64,000 nt of DNA, from positions 5,668 to 69,667 of the forward strand of contig JAUYHB010000006.1 of assembly GCA_030690305.1 (NCBI GenBank). The letters are read 5' to 3'. Shown here piece by piece: positions 38,839 to 48,375 of the stretch (position 1 is its first letter; the number at the start of each line of letters is the position of its first letter). The translations under genes were made by a program, and so were the position numbers. Source of the DNA: a bacterium. Lineage in GTDB: Bacteria > Patescibacteriota > Minisyncoccia > Phycocordibacterales > JAGLPS01. The notes below the pieces were generated by a model. The model was given only the letters and a program-made list of their open reading frames with translations, ran no database searches and was not told the origin of the DNA.

Positions 38839-39162
38839 TTACAGTTCATCCAGTCTGTTATTTAAAAAAAGGTACAAAAACCTACCGACCGCATAGGCAC
38901 ACGTGAGACAGAAGCCCAATAGCGAAAGGAGTCCTACCCCCATCATCAAACCTTCAGCGGTTGCTAGGTTAACTCCCCAACCGCGCGACACGTTAATTGA
39001 AAACGTGATATGGGTTCCAAAAAGCCGGCTCAGGCAGAAATAGGAACCCCAGAGAAACAAAATGACAACAACCAGGCACAGAGAGACGAAAATATTCTGT
39101 ATAAACCTGATACGCTGTCTTTCTGCCCATTCTTTGTCGTCCAGTATATATTTGGTTATCAC
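38839..39162 (-). CDS. Small membrane protein, hypothetical.
   Basis: It has 2 to 3 TM helices. Confidence 0.35.
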   Translation of the reverse strand: MITKYILDDKEWAERQRIRFIQNIFVSLCLVVVILFLWGSYFCLSRLFGTHITFSINVSRGWGVNLATAEGLMMGVGLLSLLGFCLTCAYAVGRFLYLFLNNRLDEL

Positions 39163-39231
39163 ACAACCCTCCTTTTTGAATTTTTAAAATACGGGAATCT
39201 GGTGAAAATTATCAACATAAAAATCTTTCTG

Positions 39232-39816
39232 TCAAATAATATTTTTTAGAAAACTTCTTCGGTGCAATAAAGAAGGTCCGTGTTTTTTGATGCGCTTTAT
39301 GTGAAGAGAAGTTCCATAACCTTTATGGATTTCGAAAGAGTAATTCGGGTATAGTTTTGCATAACGCACCATCCTGCGGTCGCGCAGGACTTTCGCGATA
39401 ATTGATGCAAGACTGATAATCGGTTCTTTTTCGTCTCCTCCGATAATCGTTTTTTGAAAAGAAAATGATGGGGGCGCTTTCAGGCTTCCATCAAGAAGCA
39501 CAAGTGAGCGTTTTGGATTAACTTTTAATCGTTTCAGAAGACGTGCAATGCATAACCTCACTGCCTTTGCTATCCCTTTTTTGTCTATGGTAACCGATGA
39601 TGAAAAAGACACACTGTATAAAATTTTTTGTTTTTTGAGTTTAGAGAACCATTCTTCCCGTTTGGCCAAAGAAAGCGCCTTTGAGTTGCGGATATGTTTA
39701 AAAAAGGCTTTGGGAAATCCGACAGGAACAACAACCGCTCCCACGGAAACAGGACCGGCAAGCGGTCCTCTTCCTGCTTCGTCGATACCGACAATATATT
39801 GGATTTCTTTTCTCAT
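39232..39816 (-). CDS. rnhB: Ribonuclease HII.
   Basis: It has the GIDEAGRGPLAGPV active-site motif. Confidence 0.9.
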   Translation of the reverse strand: MRKEIQYIVGIDEAGRGPLAGPVSVGAVVVPVGFPKAFFKHIRNSKALSLAKREEWFSKLKKQKILYSVSFSSSVTIDKKGIAKAVRLCIARLLKRLKVNPKRSLVLLDGSLKAPPSFSFQKTIIGGDEKEPIISLASIIAKVLRDRRMVRYAKLYPNYSFEIHKGYGTSLHIKRIKKHGPSLLHRRSFLKNII

Positions 39817-39864
39817 ACGCCCATCGTATCACGAACCCGCCGACGGTCTGATATAATTTCCTCA

Positions 39865-42800
39865 ATGTCATCTTTCGTCCATCTCCACACGCACAGCCAT
39901 TACAGCCTTCTCACCGGTTTGCCCAAGATTAAAAACCTTGTTTCGGAGACAAAAAAGCTTGGGATGGATGCCATCGCCCTGACGGATAACGGAAACCTAT
40001 ACGGAGCGGTTGAGTTTTACAAGGAATGCAAAAAAGCGGGAATAAAACCGATTATCGGAGTTGACACCTACGTTGCGGCGAGAAGCCGTCACGACAAGGA
40101 AGCAACTCTGGATTCGGTGCGGACACGCATCGTGCTTCTTGCAAAAAATCTTACCGGATACAAAAATCTTCTTAAACTCGTCACTCTTTCCTACCTTGAA
40201 GGTTTTTATTACAAGCCTCGTCTCGACAGAGAATTGATGGAGCGGTATGCGGAAGGCCTTATCTGCATTTCTCCTTCTTTCAGAGGAGATATCGCTCTTT
40301 CCGCAATTTCAAAAAATTTCGACAAAGCCAAGAAAAGCGCGGCATGGCATATAAAAACATTCGGAAAAGAAAACTTTTTTATAGAAATCACTCACCATCC
40401 TGAGATTGATGGGCACGCGGAAAAAATGAAATTTCTTCAGATATTCGCGAAAGAATTGGGTATACCCCTCGTGGCCGCCCACGATGTTTATTACCTCAAA
40501 GCTCAGGATAAAAAAGTGCGTGATACGATGATGTCGATTCAGATGAATAAGGAAACGCACTTCAACGATGTTGAAGATTTTTCCCTTATCGATTCCGATA
40601 CCGCGGCACGATACTTTGCGGACATTCCTGAGGCGGTCATCAACACGAAAAAAATAAGCGAGATGTGCAATCTTGAACTTGAGCTCGGGAAATGGGTGTT
40701 TCCCGCGGTACAACTCCCCGAGGGAAAAACTCACGATGATATGCTCCGCGATATTGTGGTAGAAGGACTTGAGCGGAAAAAAATGGAGAAAACGAAAGAG
40801 GTTGAAGAAAGAATCGAGTATGAGCTCGGAATTATTAGAAAAAAAGGTTACGCGCCGTATTTTCTTGTCGTCTGGGACCTGATGGAATATGCGCACGAAA
40901 AAAATATCCTTACCACCATCAGAGGTTCCGTCGCGGGGTCTTTGGTAACGTTTCTTGCAGGAATTACAAACGTCAATCCTCTTGAATACAAACTTCCGTT
41001 TGAACGTTTCCTCAATCCGGAGCGTCCGTCCCCGCCCGATATCGACATGGATTTCGCCGACAACCGGCGTGATGAGATGATTGATTACGCGAGACGCAAA
41101 TATGGCGAGGATAAAGTGGCGCAGATAGGTACGTTTGGAACAATGATGGCCAGAGCCGCCGTCCGCGATGTAGCGCGTGCCTTGGGCTACTCATACGGCG
41201 TCGGAGACCGTATCGCTAAACTTATTCCGTTCGGCTCGCAAGGTTTTCCCATGACCATAGACCACGCCCTTGAGATTACGCCGGAACTCAAATCCTCATA
41301 CGGCAACGATGCCGACACAAGAACCATTTTGGACATGGCGCGCGCGATTGAAGGATGCGCACGGCACATTTCCGTTCATGCCGCGGGCGTTGTTATTTCC
41401 CCCACTCCGCTTACCGACTTCGTGCCGCTCCAGTTTGACCCCAAAGGAGGAAAGCTGATCACCCAGTACGACATGCATTCCGTTGAAGACGCGGGACTTT
41501 TGAAATTCGATTTTCTCGGCATCAGAAACCTGTCCATTCTTGCGTACGCGGTTGAACTCGTGGCGGAGCTTAAGGGTGTGAAAGTCGATATTGAAAATAT
41601 TCCCCTTGATGACAAAAAAACTTTTGAAATGCTTGCGCGCGGAGAAACCATCGGCCTGTTCCAGCTCAACGGCGCCGGAATGACGCGTTATCTAAAAGAG
41701 CTCAGGGCAACGACAATTCACGATATAAACGCCATGGTTGCCTTGTATCGCCCCGGACCCCTTGAATCCATTCCGCTTTATATTGAGCGCAAACACAACT
41801 CAAAACTGGTTTCGTATCTGGACCCGCGCCTTAAGGATATCCTTTCCCAGTCGCACGGAGTTATTACGTATCAGGACGACGTTTTGTTGATTGCCATCAA
41901 TCTCGCCGGGTACTCTTGGCTTGAAGCGGATAAATTGCGCAAAGCGATGGGAAAGAAAATTCCGGCAGAAATGGAGGCGCAAAAAGAAAAATTACTTTCG
42001 GGCTTTATCAAAAACGGCATGACCAAGGAAAAAGCCGAGAAGCTTTGGAAACTTATTGAGCCATTTGCCGCGTACGGGTTCAACAAAGCTCACGCGGCAA
42101 GTTACGGAAAAGTCGCGTATCAGACTTCGTATATGAAGGCCAACTTCCCTGTCATTTATATGGCGGCGGTGCTCACCGCGGACGCGGGAGATGTGGAAAA
42201 AATCGCCGAAACCATCAACGAATGCAAGCGGATGGGCCTTGCCGTGCTTCCGCCGGACATCAACGAAAGTTTTAGAGACTTCACCGTTGTCGGAGGCGGC
42301 ACGGAAAATGAAAAAATACGTTTCGGCCTTTTGACTATCAAAAACCTCGGCGAAGGCGTGGCGCACAGTATCATTGACGAAAGAAAAGCGAACGGAAAAT
42401 ACACGTCGCTTAAAAATTTTCTTGACCGTATTACAGACAGGAATTTGAATAAAAAATCACTTGAGGCGCTTATCAAATCCGGTGCCCTTGATGAATTCGG
42501 GGAACGCGGGGAACTTATTCATAATCTCGAAAATATTCTTGAATATAACAAGCAGAAAAACCACGGGCCCAAAAACCAGGATTCTTTGTTCGGAAGCGTT
42601 CACGAAGAAAGCGCACCTCTTACGCTTGAAAAAGCAGGCGCCGCGGGGACGGAAGAAAAATTGACGTGGGAAAAAGAACTGCTCGGTTTATACGTTTCGG
42701 GACATCCATTGGATAAATTCAGAGAAAAACTTGAAAGCAGAGATTTCCCGATTTCAAAAATTAAGGACGGAATGAAAGAAGGTATGGAAGCGGTTGCGGC

Positions 42801-43026
42801 GGGGATTATTGAGGAAGCAAAAAGTATTCTTACCAAGCGCGGAGAACGGATGATGTTTCTTAAAATTACCGATTTTACGGGAAGCATCGAGGCTGTTGTC
42901 TTTCCCCGCGTATATGAGGAATACAAAGACATTCTTGTGCTTGATAAATGCGTCGCCCTGAAGGGAAAAATATCGAAACGCGACGGAGAGTCTAGTCTCG
43001 TCGTTGAGAAGGCAAAAATCTTGTAA
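39865..43026 (+). CDS. dnaE: DNA polymerase III alpha subunit.
   Basis: It has an N-terminal PHP domain (FVHLHTHSHYSLL), polymerase palm and fingers, and a C-terminal OB fold. A TATAAT box lies 7 nt upstream of the ATG. Confidence 0.93.
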   Translation: MSSFVHLHTHSHYSLLTGLPKIKNLVSETKKLGMDAIALTDNGNLYGAVEFYKECKKAGIKPIIGVDTYVAARSRHDKEATLDSVRTRIVLLAKNLTGYKNLLKLVTLSYLEGFYYKPRLDRELMERYAEGLICISPSFRGDIALSAISKNFDKAKKSAAWHIKTFGKENFFIEITHHPEIDGHAEKMKFLQIFAKELGIPLVAAHDVYYLKAQDKKVRDTMMSIQMNKETHFNDVEDFSLIDSDTAARYFADIPEAVINTKKISEMCNLELELGKWVFPAVQLPEGKTHDDMLRDIVVEGLERKKMEKTKEVEERIEYELGIIRKKGYAPYFLVVWDLMEYAHEKNILTTIRGSVAGSLVTFLAGITNVNPLEYKLPFERFLNPERPSPPDIDMDFADNRRDEMIDYARRKYGEDKVAQIGTFGTMMARAAVRDVARALGYSYGVGDRIAKLIPFGSQGFPMTIDHALEITPELKSSYGNDADTRTILDMARAIEGCARHISVHAAGVVISPTPLTDFVPLQFDPKGGKLITQYDMHSVEDAGLLKFDFLGIRNLSILAYAVELVAELKGVKVDIENIPLDDKKTFEMLARGETIGLFQLNGAGMTRYLKELRATTIHDINAMVALYRPGPLESIPLYIERKHNSKLVSYLDPRLKDILSQSHGVITYQDDVLLIAINLAGYSWLEADKLRKAMGKKIPAEMEAQKEKLLSGFIKNGMTKEKAEKLWKLIEPFAAYGFNKAHAASYGKVAYQTSYMKANFPVIYMAAVLTADAGDVEKIAETINECKRMGLAVLPPDINESFRDFTVVGGGTENEKIRFGLLTIKNLGEGVAHSIIDERKANGKYTSLKNFLDRITDRNLNKKSLEALIKSGALDEFGERGELIHNLENILEYNKQKNHGPKNQDSLFGSVHEESAPLTLEKAGAAGTEEKLTWEKELLGLYVSGHPLDKFREKLESRDFPISKIKDGMKEGMEAVAAGIIEEAKSILTKRGERMMFLKITDFTGSIEAVVFPRVYEEYKDILVLDKCVALKGKISKRDGESSLVVEKAKIL

Positions 43027-43039
43027 GAAGTGGATATAA

Positions 43040-43073
43040 AAAAGAAGCGAGTTTAAATCTCGCTTCTTTTTAG
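43040..43073. terminator. Bidirectional intrinsic terminator.
   Basis: The hairpin is agaagcgag-tttaaat-ctcgcttct followed by ttttt. Confidence 0.65.
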
Positions 43074-43089
43074 TTGATCTTGCTCGTGC

Positions 43090-43476
43090 CTATGCTTCCA
43101 ATATTGCACAAGGTGCAAGAGTTTCCTTGTTAAGAAATGTCACAGAGACCTTTCTTCCTTTTCCGCTCAGAAGGAGGGCCGACTGGAATCTTTCATTATC
43201 TATCAAAGGTTTAAAGTTAAGATAACGAGAGTATGGACTAAGATACGAGCGTAGTTCATTTTCGTGCTCTTTCATGAAAGAAACTAATTTTTCCATCGCC
43301 TTTCTATCTTCATGTAAAGGACGCAAATTGAAGGCAAAACTGATTATGGCATGAGCAACTTCCCTTTGAAGGAAAAGGTGCTGGGATACAAGGTCATCCT
43401 TTTCTTTATCGAGTCGAAACCTAAAAGGATACCCCCGCCACCAAATCAAAAATCTGTTCAACACGTTTAAAATCAT
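43090..43476 (-). CDS. Hypothetical protein.
   Basis: It is a 128 aa ORF with no recognisable motif. Confidence 0.35.
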   Translation of the reverse strand: MILNVLNRFLIWWRGYPFRFRLDKEKDDLVSQHLFLQREVAHAIISFAFNLRPLHEDRKAMEKLVSFMKEHENELRSYLSPYSRYLNFKPLIDNERFQSALLLSGKGRKVSVTFLNKETLAPCAILEA

Positions 43477-43588
43477 AAAGAACCTCCTTTCCGTTTAAGA
43501 TTATTTAAAAGTAAATTGGTACAAAAGTCAAGATTCCCTACAAAACAATGCATGGATATTTCTTGTAATAATTGCTAGTATTTTCAAC

Positions 43589-45313
43589 ATGGACTCGAAA
43601 AAACTAGAACACCTGCGACACTCTCTTGCCCATCTCTTGGCAGCAGCAGTCCTGAAGTTATACCCCGATGCAAAGCCTACCCTCGGGCCCGCCATTGATA
43701 ACGGTTTTTATTACGACTTTGACTTTCCCACCCCGGTTGCGGAAACCGACCTTCCGAAAATTCAAAATGTAATGCGGGAGATTTTAAAAACGTGGGATTC
43801 TTTCGAAGGAGAAGAGGTTCCTCCGGAAGAAGCAAGAAAACGATTTCAACACAATCCGTACAAACTTGAACTTATAGATGAAATAGTCGGGAAAAAAGAA
43901 CCCCTGACTTTGTATACATCGGGAACATTCACCGATTTGTGCCGCGGTGGGCACGTTGAAGACATAAAAGAAATAAAGCCCGACGCATTCGAGCTTTCTC
44001 GCCTTGCCGGAGCATATTGGCGTGGTGATGAAAAAAATAAAATGCTTACTCGTATTTATGGCCTTGCGTTTCCAGATAAAAAGGAACTCGAAGAATACAA
44101 AAAAATGATGGCGGAGGCGGAAAAACGCGACCATCGAAAATTGGGCAAGGATCTGAAGTTTTTTACTTTTGACGATGATGTTGGTCCGGGACTTCCGCTG
44201 TGGTTACCGAATGGCACGGTGGTGATTGAGGAATTAGAAAAATTAGCAAAAAAAACCGAGAAGGATGCCGGCTATAAACAGGTACGTACCCCGCATATTG
44301 CCAAAGAGTCCATGTATAAGAAAAGCGGACATCTTCCCTATTACGAGGAAACCATGTTCCCTCCGATGGAGTATGAGGGCGGAAGATATTACTTGAGAGC
44401 GATGAATTGCCCTCATCACCACAAGATTTTCGCGTCAGAAAAACGCAGTTATAAAGATTTGCCATTGCGCCTGTCGGAATATGGCACGGTATACCGTCAC
44501 GAAAAATCCGGGGAATTGTTCGGCCTTATGAGAGTGCGTATGCTTCAGATGAACGACGCACATATTTACTGCAGCGAGGAACAGTTCGCCGATGAATTCA
44601 GGAAAGTGAATGACATGTATCTTCATTATTTTAAAATTTTCGGTTTGGGAAAATATGTGATGCGTTTTTCCACGCATGACCCAAAAAAACTCGGGGAGAA
44701 GTATGTTGATGAGCCGGAATTGTGGGAAAAAACCGAGAATATGGTGCGAAATGTTCTTGTTGAATCAAAGATTCCCTACGTGGAAGTTCCCAATGAAGCG
44801 GCTTTTTACGGACCCAAAATCGACGTGCAAGTATGGAGCGCGATTGGCAGAGAATTTACCCTTGCTACGAATCAAGTTGATTTTGCCGTACCAAAACGAT
44901 TCAACCTTACGTACACCACAAAGGAGGGACGGGAAGAAACTCCTTTATGTATCCATCGTGCACCGCTTGGAACTCATGAACGTTTCATCGGCTTTCTAAT
45001 TGAGCACTACGCCGGAGCATTCCCCTACTGGCTTTCTCCCGTGCAGGTAAAAGTGCTTTCTATAGGAGAAAATCACAAGAAATTCTCCAAAAAAGTTTCC
45101 GAATTTCTGAATGAAAATAATGTGCGCGTAGAGCTTGATGACACTGATGAGGGACTCGGCAAAAAAATACGCGCTGCAAAAGTAAGCAAGGTTCCGTATA
45201 TTTTTGTCATTGGAGATAAAGAAGTTGAAGCGGAAAGCGTCACTATTGAAAGCAGGGACAAGGGAAACATCGGCGTTCACCCACTTGATAAGATAATTCC
45301 GGAACTCAAATAA
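43589..45313 (+). CDS. thrS: Threonyl-tRNA synthetase lacking the N-terminal TGS domain.
   Basis: It has class II motifs (FRHE..., GxER), a Zn site (CPHHH) and a C-terminal anticodon-binding domain. It starts at the second additional domain (LRHSLAHLLAAAV). Confidence 0.9.
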   Translation: MDSKKLEHLRHSLAHLLAAAVLKLYPDAKPTLGPAIDNGFYYDFDFPTPVAETDLPKIQNVMREILKTWDSFEGEEVPPEEARKRFQHNPYKLELIDEIVGKKEPLTLYTSGTFTDLCRGGHVEDIKEIKPDAFELSRLAGAYWRGDEKNKMLTRIYGLAFPDKKELEEYKKMMAEAEKRDHRKLGKDLKFFTFDDDVGPGLPLWLPNGTVVIEELEKLAKKTEKDAGYKQVRTPHIAKESMYKKSGHLPYYEETMFPPMEYEGGRYYLRAMNCPHHHKIFASEKRSYKDLPLRLSEYGTVYRHEKSGELFGLMRVRMLQMNDAHIYCSEEQFADEFRKVNDMYLHYFKIFGLGKYVMRFSTHDPKKLGEKYVDEPELWEKTENMVRNVLVESKIPYVEVPNEAAFYGPKIDVQVWSAIGREFTLATNQVDFAVPKRFNLTYTTKEGREETPLCIHRAPLGTHERFIGFLIEHYAGAFPYWLSPVQVKVLSIGENHKKFSKKVSEFLNENNVRVELDDTDEGLGKKIRAAKVSKVPYIFVIGDKEVEAESVTIESRDKGNIGVHPLDKIIPELK

Positions 45314-45341
45314 AAAACCCGCTTCAAGCGGATTTTTTATT
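45312..45341 (+). terminator. Intrinsic terminator after thrS.
   Basis: The hairpin is aaaaaacccgc-ttcaa-gcggatttttt. Confidence 0.6.
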
Positions 45342-45557
45342 TGAGTTCTTGTTTTCTCTTCACGTTAGAGTGAAAATTTATTTTTGCCAAACCTTGCGGA
45401 GTCCGAAGAGGGCGTGAGAAAGAGAATACTTGAAGCTTCCGCAAGACCTTGTGAGGTTTTTTCTTAAAAACCCACAAGGTGTACAGCTCCTGTAAGGAGC
45501 AGAGAAAAATTCAGCAGAATTTTATCGTGTTTGGGAAAAATAAATTGGAACGGGTTT

Positions 45558-47642
45558 TTAAATGTCGAGGTTGGCTTTATGGGCGTTGGATTGGATAAAT
45601 GATTTTCGGGAAGCCACATCGTCGCCCATGAGAATTTCAAATATTTTATCCGCCTCGCGGGCATCGTCAATTGTCACCTGTTTTAAAATGCGTCTTTTGG
45701 GATCCATAGTCGTTTCCCACAATTCTTCGGCGTTCATTTCTCCGAGACCTTTGTAGCGCTGAATATTTACTTTAGGAACTCTTTTTGCCTTCTCCTCTTC
45801 AACTTCCACAGTTTCGGGCTCGGCGCCTTCTTCCTGCACCTCTTCAACTTCTTCCGCTTCTTTGGCGTCTACACCAAGGTCTTTGAGAGACTTGAGTTTT
45901 TCATTATCGGAATATGCATAGCGGACTTCTTTGCCTTTGGAAATCTTGTACAACGGGGGCTGGGCAATATAAATAAATCCGCCGTCAAGAAGACCTCGCA
46001 GAAAACGATAAAACATAGTAAGAAGAAGCGTTCTGATATGCGCACCGTCAACATCGGCATCTGTTGCGATAATGACTTTGTGGTAACGAAGATTGGTAAT
46101 ATCAAAACTGTCACCGATTGACGCTCCGAGAGCAACGACGAGATTTTTGATTTGTTCGGATGCAAGCGCTTTGTCCAAACGGGCACGTTCAATATTTAAA
46201 ATTTTTCCACGAAGCGGCAAAATTGCCTGAATACGGCGGTCACGTCCGCTTTTCGCCGTTCCTCCGGCGGAATCCCCCTCGACAATAAACAGTTCGGATT
46301 CTTCCGCGGACTTGCTTTGGCAGTCGGCAAGTTTCCCTGGAAGCATCATTCCCTCAAGCGCTCCCTTGCGCAAAACGCTGTCCTTGGCCGCTTTTGCGGC
46401 TTTTCGCGCCTTAAGAGCAAGAAGCACTTTGTTTATGATTGAACGTGCTTCGTCCGGATGTTCTTCCAAAAAAGCGGTAAATCCTTCAGAAAAAACGCTT
46501 TCAACCATTCCGCGCGCTTCAAGACTCCCCAACTTTGCTTTTGTCTGTCCTTCGAACTGGATTTCACGCAGTTTAACCGCCACAACCGCGGTAAGGCCTT
46601 CCAAGACGTCTTCTCCTGTCAGGCTTTCTTCTTTTTCTTTAATCAGATTATTGTTGCGGGCGTAGTTGTTTATGGTGCGGGTAAGAGCGGTTTTAAAACC
46701 GGTAACGTGCATACCGCCTTCCGAGTTATAAATGTTGTTTGCGAACGGTAATACACGGGAAGAAATATCATCCACATACTGAAGAGCGATTTCAACACTT
46801 TCGTATTCATTCGTATGTTTTTCGGTATAAAAAATATTTTTGTGAATCGGTTTGAAAAATTTGTTGTAAAAACTTACAAGCGACACAAGGCCGCCTTCAA
46901 AACAGAAGGTGTACGAAGGGGCTTCAAGATGAATGTCTTCAAGGAAAAATATTTCAGAATCGTCAATTTCTTTTTCCCCACGGGCATCAATAACAACAAT
47001 ACGCAGACCACGCACAAGATACGCCTGCTGACGCATATGGTCCATAACTTTATTCAAATCAAAAGAAATTTCTTTGAAAATTTCTTCATCGGGTTCAAAG
47101 GTGACGATAGTTCCCGTCATTTTTGATGAACCGATTTTTTTGACCGCGTGCTTTTTCTTTCCTTTAGCATATTCCTGAACATATTGCCCTCCGTCACGAT
47201 GCACCGAAACTTTCATGTGTATAGACAAGGCGTTGACTACCGAACCCCCGACACCGTGAAGACCTCCGGAAACTTTGTATCCTTCCCCGCCGAATTTTCC
47301 TCCGGCGTGCAACGTGGTCATTATTGTTTCAAGCGCGGAGACTTTCGTTTGTTTGTGAACGTCAACCGGAATCCCGCGGCCATTATCCGCTACGCGTACG
47401 CGATTCCCGGACAATAACGCCACTTCAATACGATTGGAAAAACCGCCCATCGCTTCATCCCGCGAGTTATCAAAAATTTCCCAAATAAGGTGGTGAAGCC
47501 CCTCGGAACTTGTGGTCCCGATATACATTCCCGGACGTCTTCTTACAGGCTCAAGACCCTCCAGAACGGTAATATCCTGGGCGCTGTAACTTCCCTTTTT
47601 GGAAGCTGGTTTTTCCTTTTTTTCCTCCTCTTTTTTCGGCAT
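45558..47642 (-). CDS. gyrB: DNA gyrase subunit B.
   Basis: It has a GHKL ATPase N-terminus (VLEGLEPVRRRPGMYIG), a TOPRIM domain (EGDSAGG) and a C-terminal tail. Confidence 0.93.
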   Translation of the reverse strand: MPKKEEEKKEKPASKKGSYSAQDITVLEGLEPVRRRPGMYIGTTSSEGLHHLIWEIFDNSRDEAMGGFSNRIEVALLSGNRVRVADNGRGIPVDVHKQTKVSALETIMTTLHAGGKFGGEGYKVSGGLHGVGGSVVNALSIHMKVSVHRDGGQYVQEYAKGKKKHAVKKIGSSKMTGTIVTFEPDEEIFKEISFDLNKVMDHMRQQAYLVRGLRIVVIDARGEKEIDDSEIFFLEDIHLEAPSYTFCFEGGLVSLVSFYNKFFKPIHKNIFYTEKHTNEYESVEIALQYVDDISSRVLPFANNIYNSEGGMHVTGFKTALTRTINNYARNNNLIKEKEESLTGEDVLEGLTAVVAVKLREIQFEGQTKAKLGSLEARGMVESVFSEGFTAFLEEHPDEARSIINKVLLALKARKAAKAAKDSVLRKGALEGMMLPGKLADCQSKSAEESELFIVEGDSAGGTAKSGRDRRIQAILPLRGKILNIERARLDKALASEQIKNLVVALGASIGDSFDITNLRYHKVIIATDADVDGAHIRTLLLTMFYRFLRGLLDGGFIYIAQPPLYKISKGKEVRYAYSDNEKLKSLKDLGVDAKEAEEVEEVQEEGAEPETVEVEEEKAKRVPKVNIQRYKGLGEMNAEELWETTMDPKRRILKQVTIDDAREADKIFEILMGDDVASRKSFIQSNAHKANLDI

Positions 47643-47846
47643 AAAGAAAAATACTTTGTTGCTGTCTCTCGCTCGGAAAAGGGAGAAAATGCTCTCCCTT
47701 TTCACTCGCTCGTTGAGCAGTAAAAACAAAAAAACGAACTGATTTCGTACCCTCTATTATACCAAAAAACGGCCTCAAAATAAAGCTGTTTTGGACATTT
47801 GAACATGTTTTTCCCCTCCCTCGGGAAAAACGATAAAAACTGAAAA

Positions 47847-48371
47847 TTACCCTAAGAATATGGCTAATTTACGCCATTTTTTTAGAAAGTCTGGCAAAGT
47901 CATCTTTTGAAATGAGGAACCTCCGTCTTTTGTGTCAGGGTCATGAAAAATAATATGGGTAGGGCTTGCTGTTTCCCCCTCAAAACCCACAGCTAAAATG
48001 GCATGGAAAGAATCATTCGGCTTGGTAACTGACAGAAGAACCGGACGGTTTTCAGCAAGTTTTTTTATTATTTTACTAAGCCCAACTGTTTCCAGTCTCT
48101 CTTTAAACAAATCACTCGCGGAACGGAACTCCTCTTTGTATGAGGGAACTCCATGATTGTGGGCGAGAAAAACAAGTGAGTCGTGAGACCACCCATGTGG
48201 AGTATAACCACTTATGGAAACTCCTTCTTCAATAAGAGAATCAATTGAAGGAATATCCGAGGATAGAAAATCCAGACCCATCTTCAGACATGTAACGGCA
48301 CAGGCCTTTGAACGCCATGACTCATCGGTCACATTGTCGTACTGAGAATAAAAAGGTGCATCAAGAGTCAT
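47847..48371 (-). CDS. Peptidase C39-like (papain-fold cysteine peptidase, BtrH/DUF3335-like) protein.
   Basis: It has APFYSQYDN...SKACAVTCLKM (catalytic Cys context) and HAILAVGFEG (His). Confidence 0.5.
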   Translation of the reverse strand: MTLDAPFYSQYDNVTDESWRSKACAVTCLKMGLDFLSSDIPSIDSLIEEGVSISGYTPHGWSHDSLVFLAHNHGVPSYKEEFRSASDLFKERLETVGLSKIIKKLAENRPVLLSVTKPNDSFHAILAVGFEGETASPTHIIFHDPDTKDGGSSFQKMTLPDFLKKWRKLAIFLG

Positions 48372-48375
48372 CGTA

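Noticed and set aside
40309-40896. A 195 aa ORF antisense in dnaE.
   Set aside because: It is a shadow ORF within a conserved polymerase gene.
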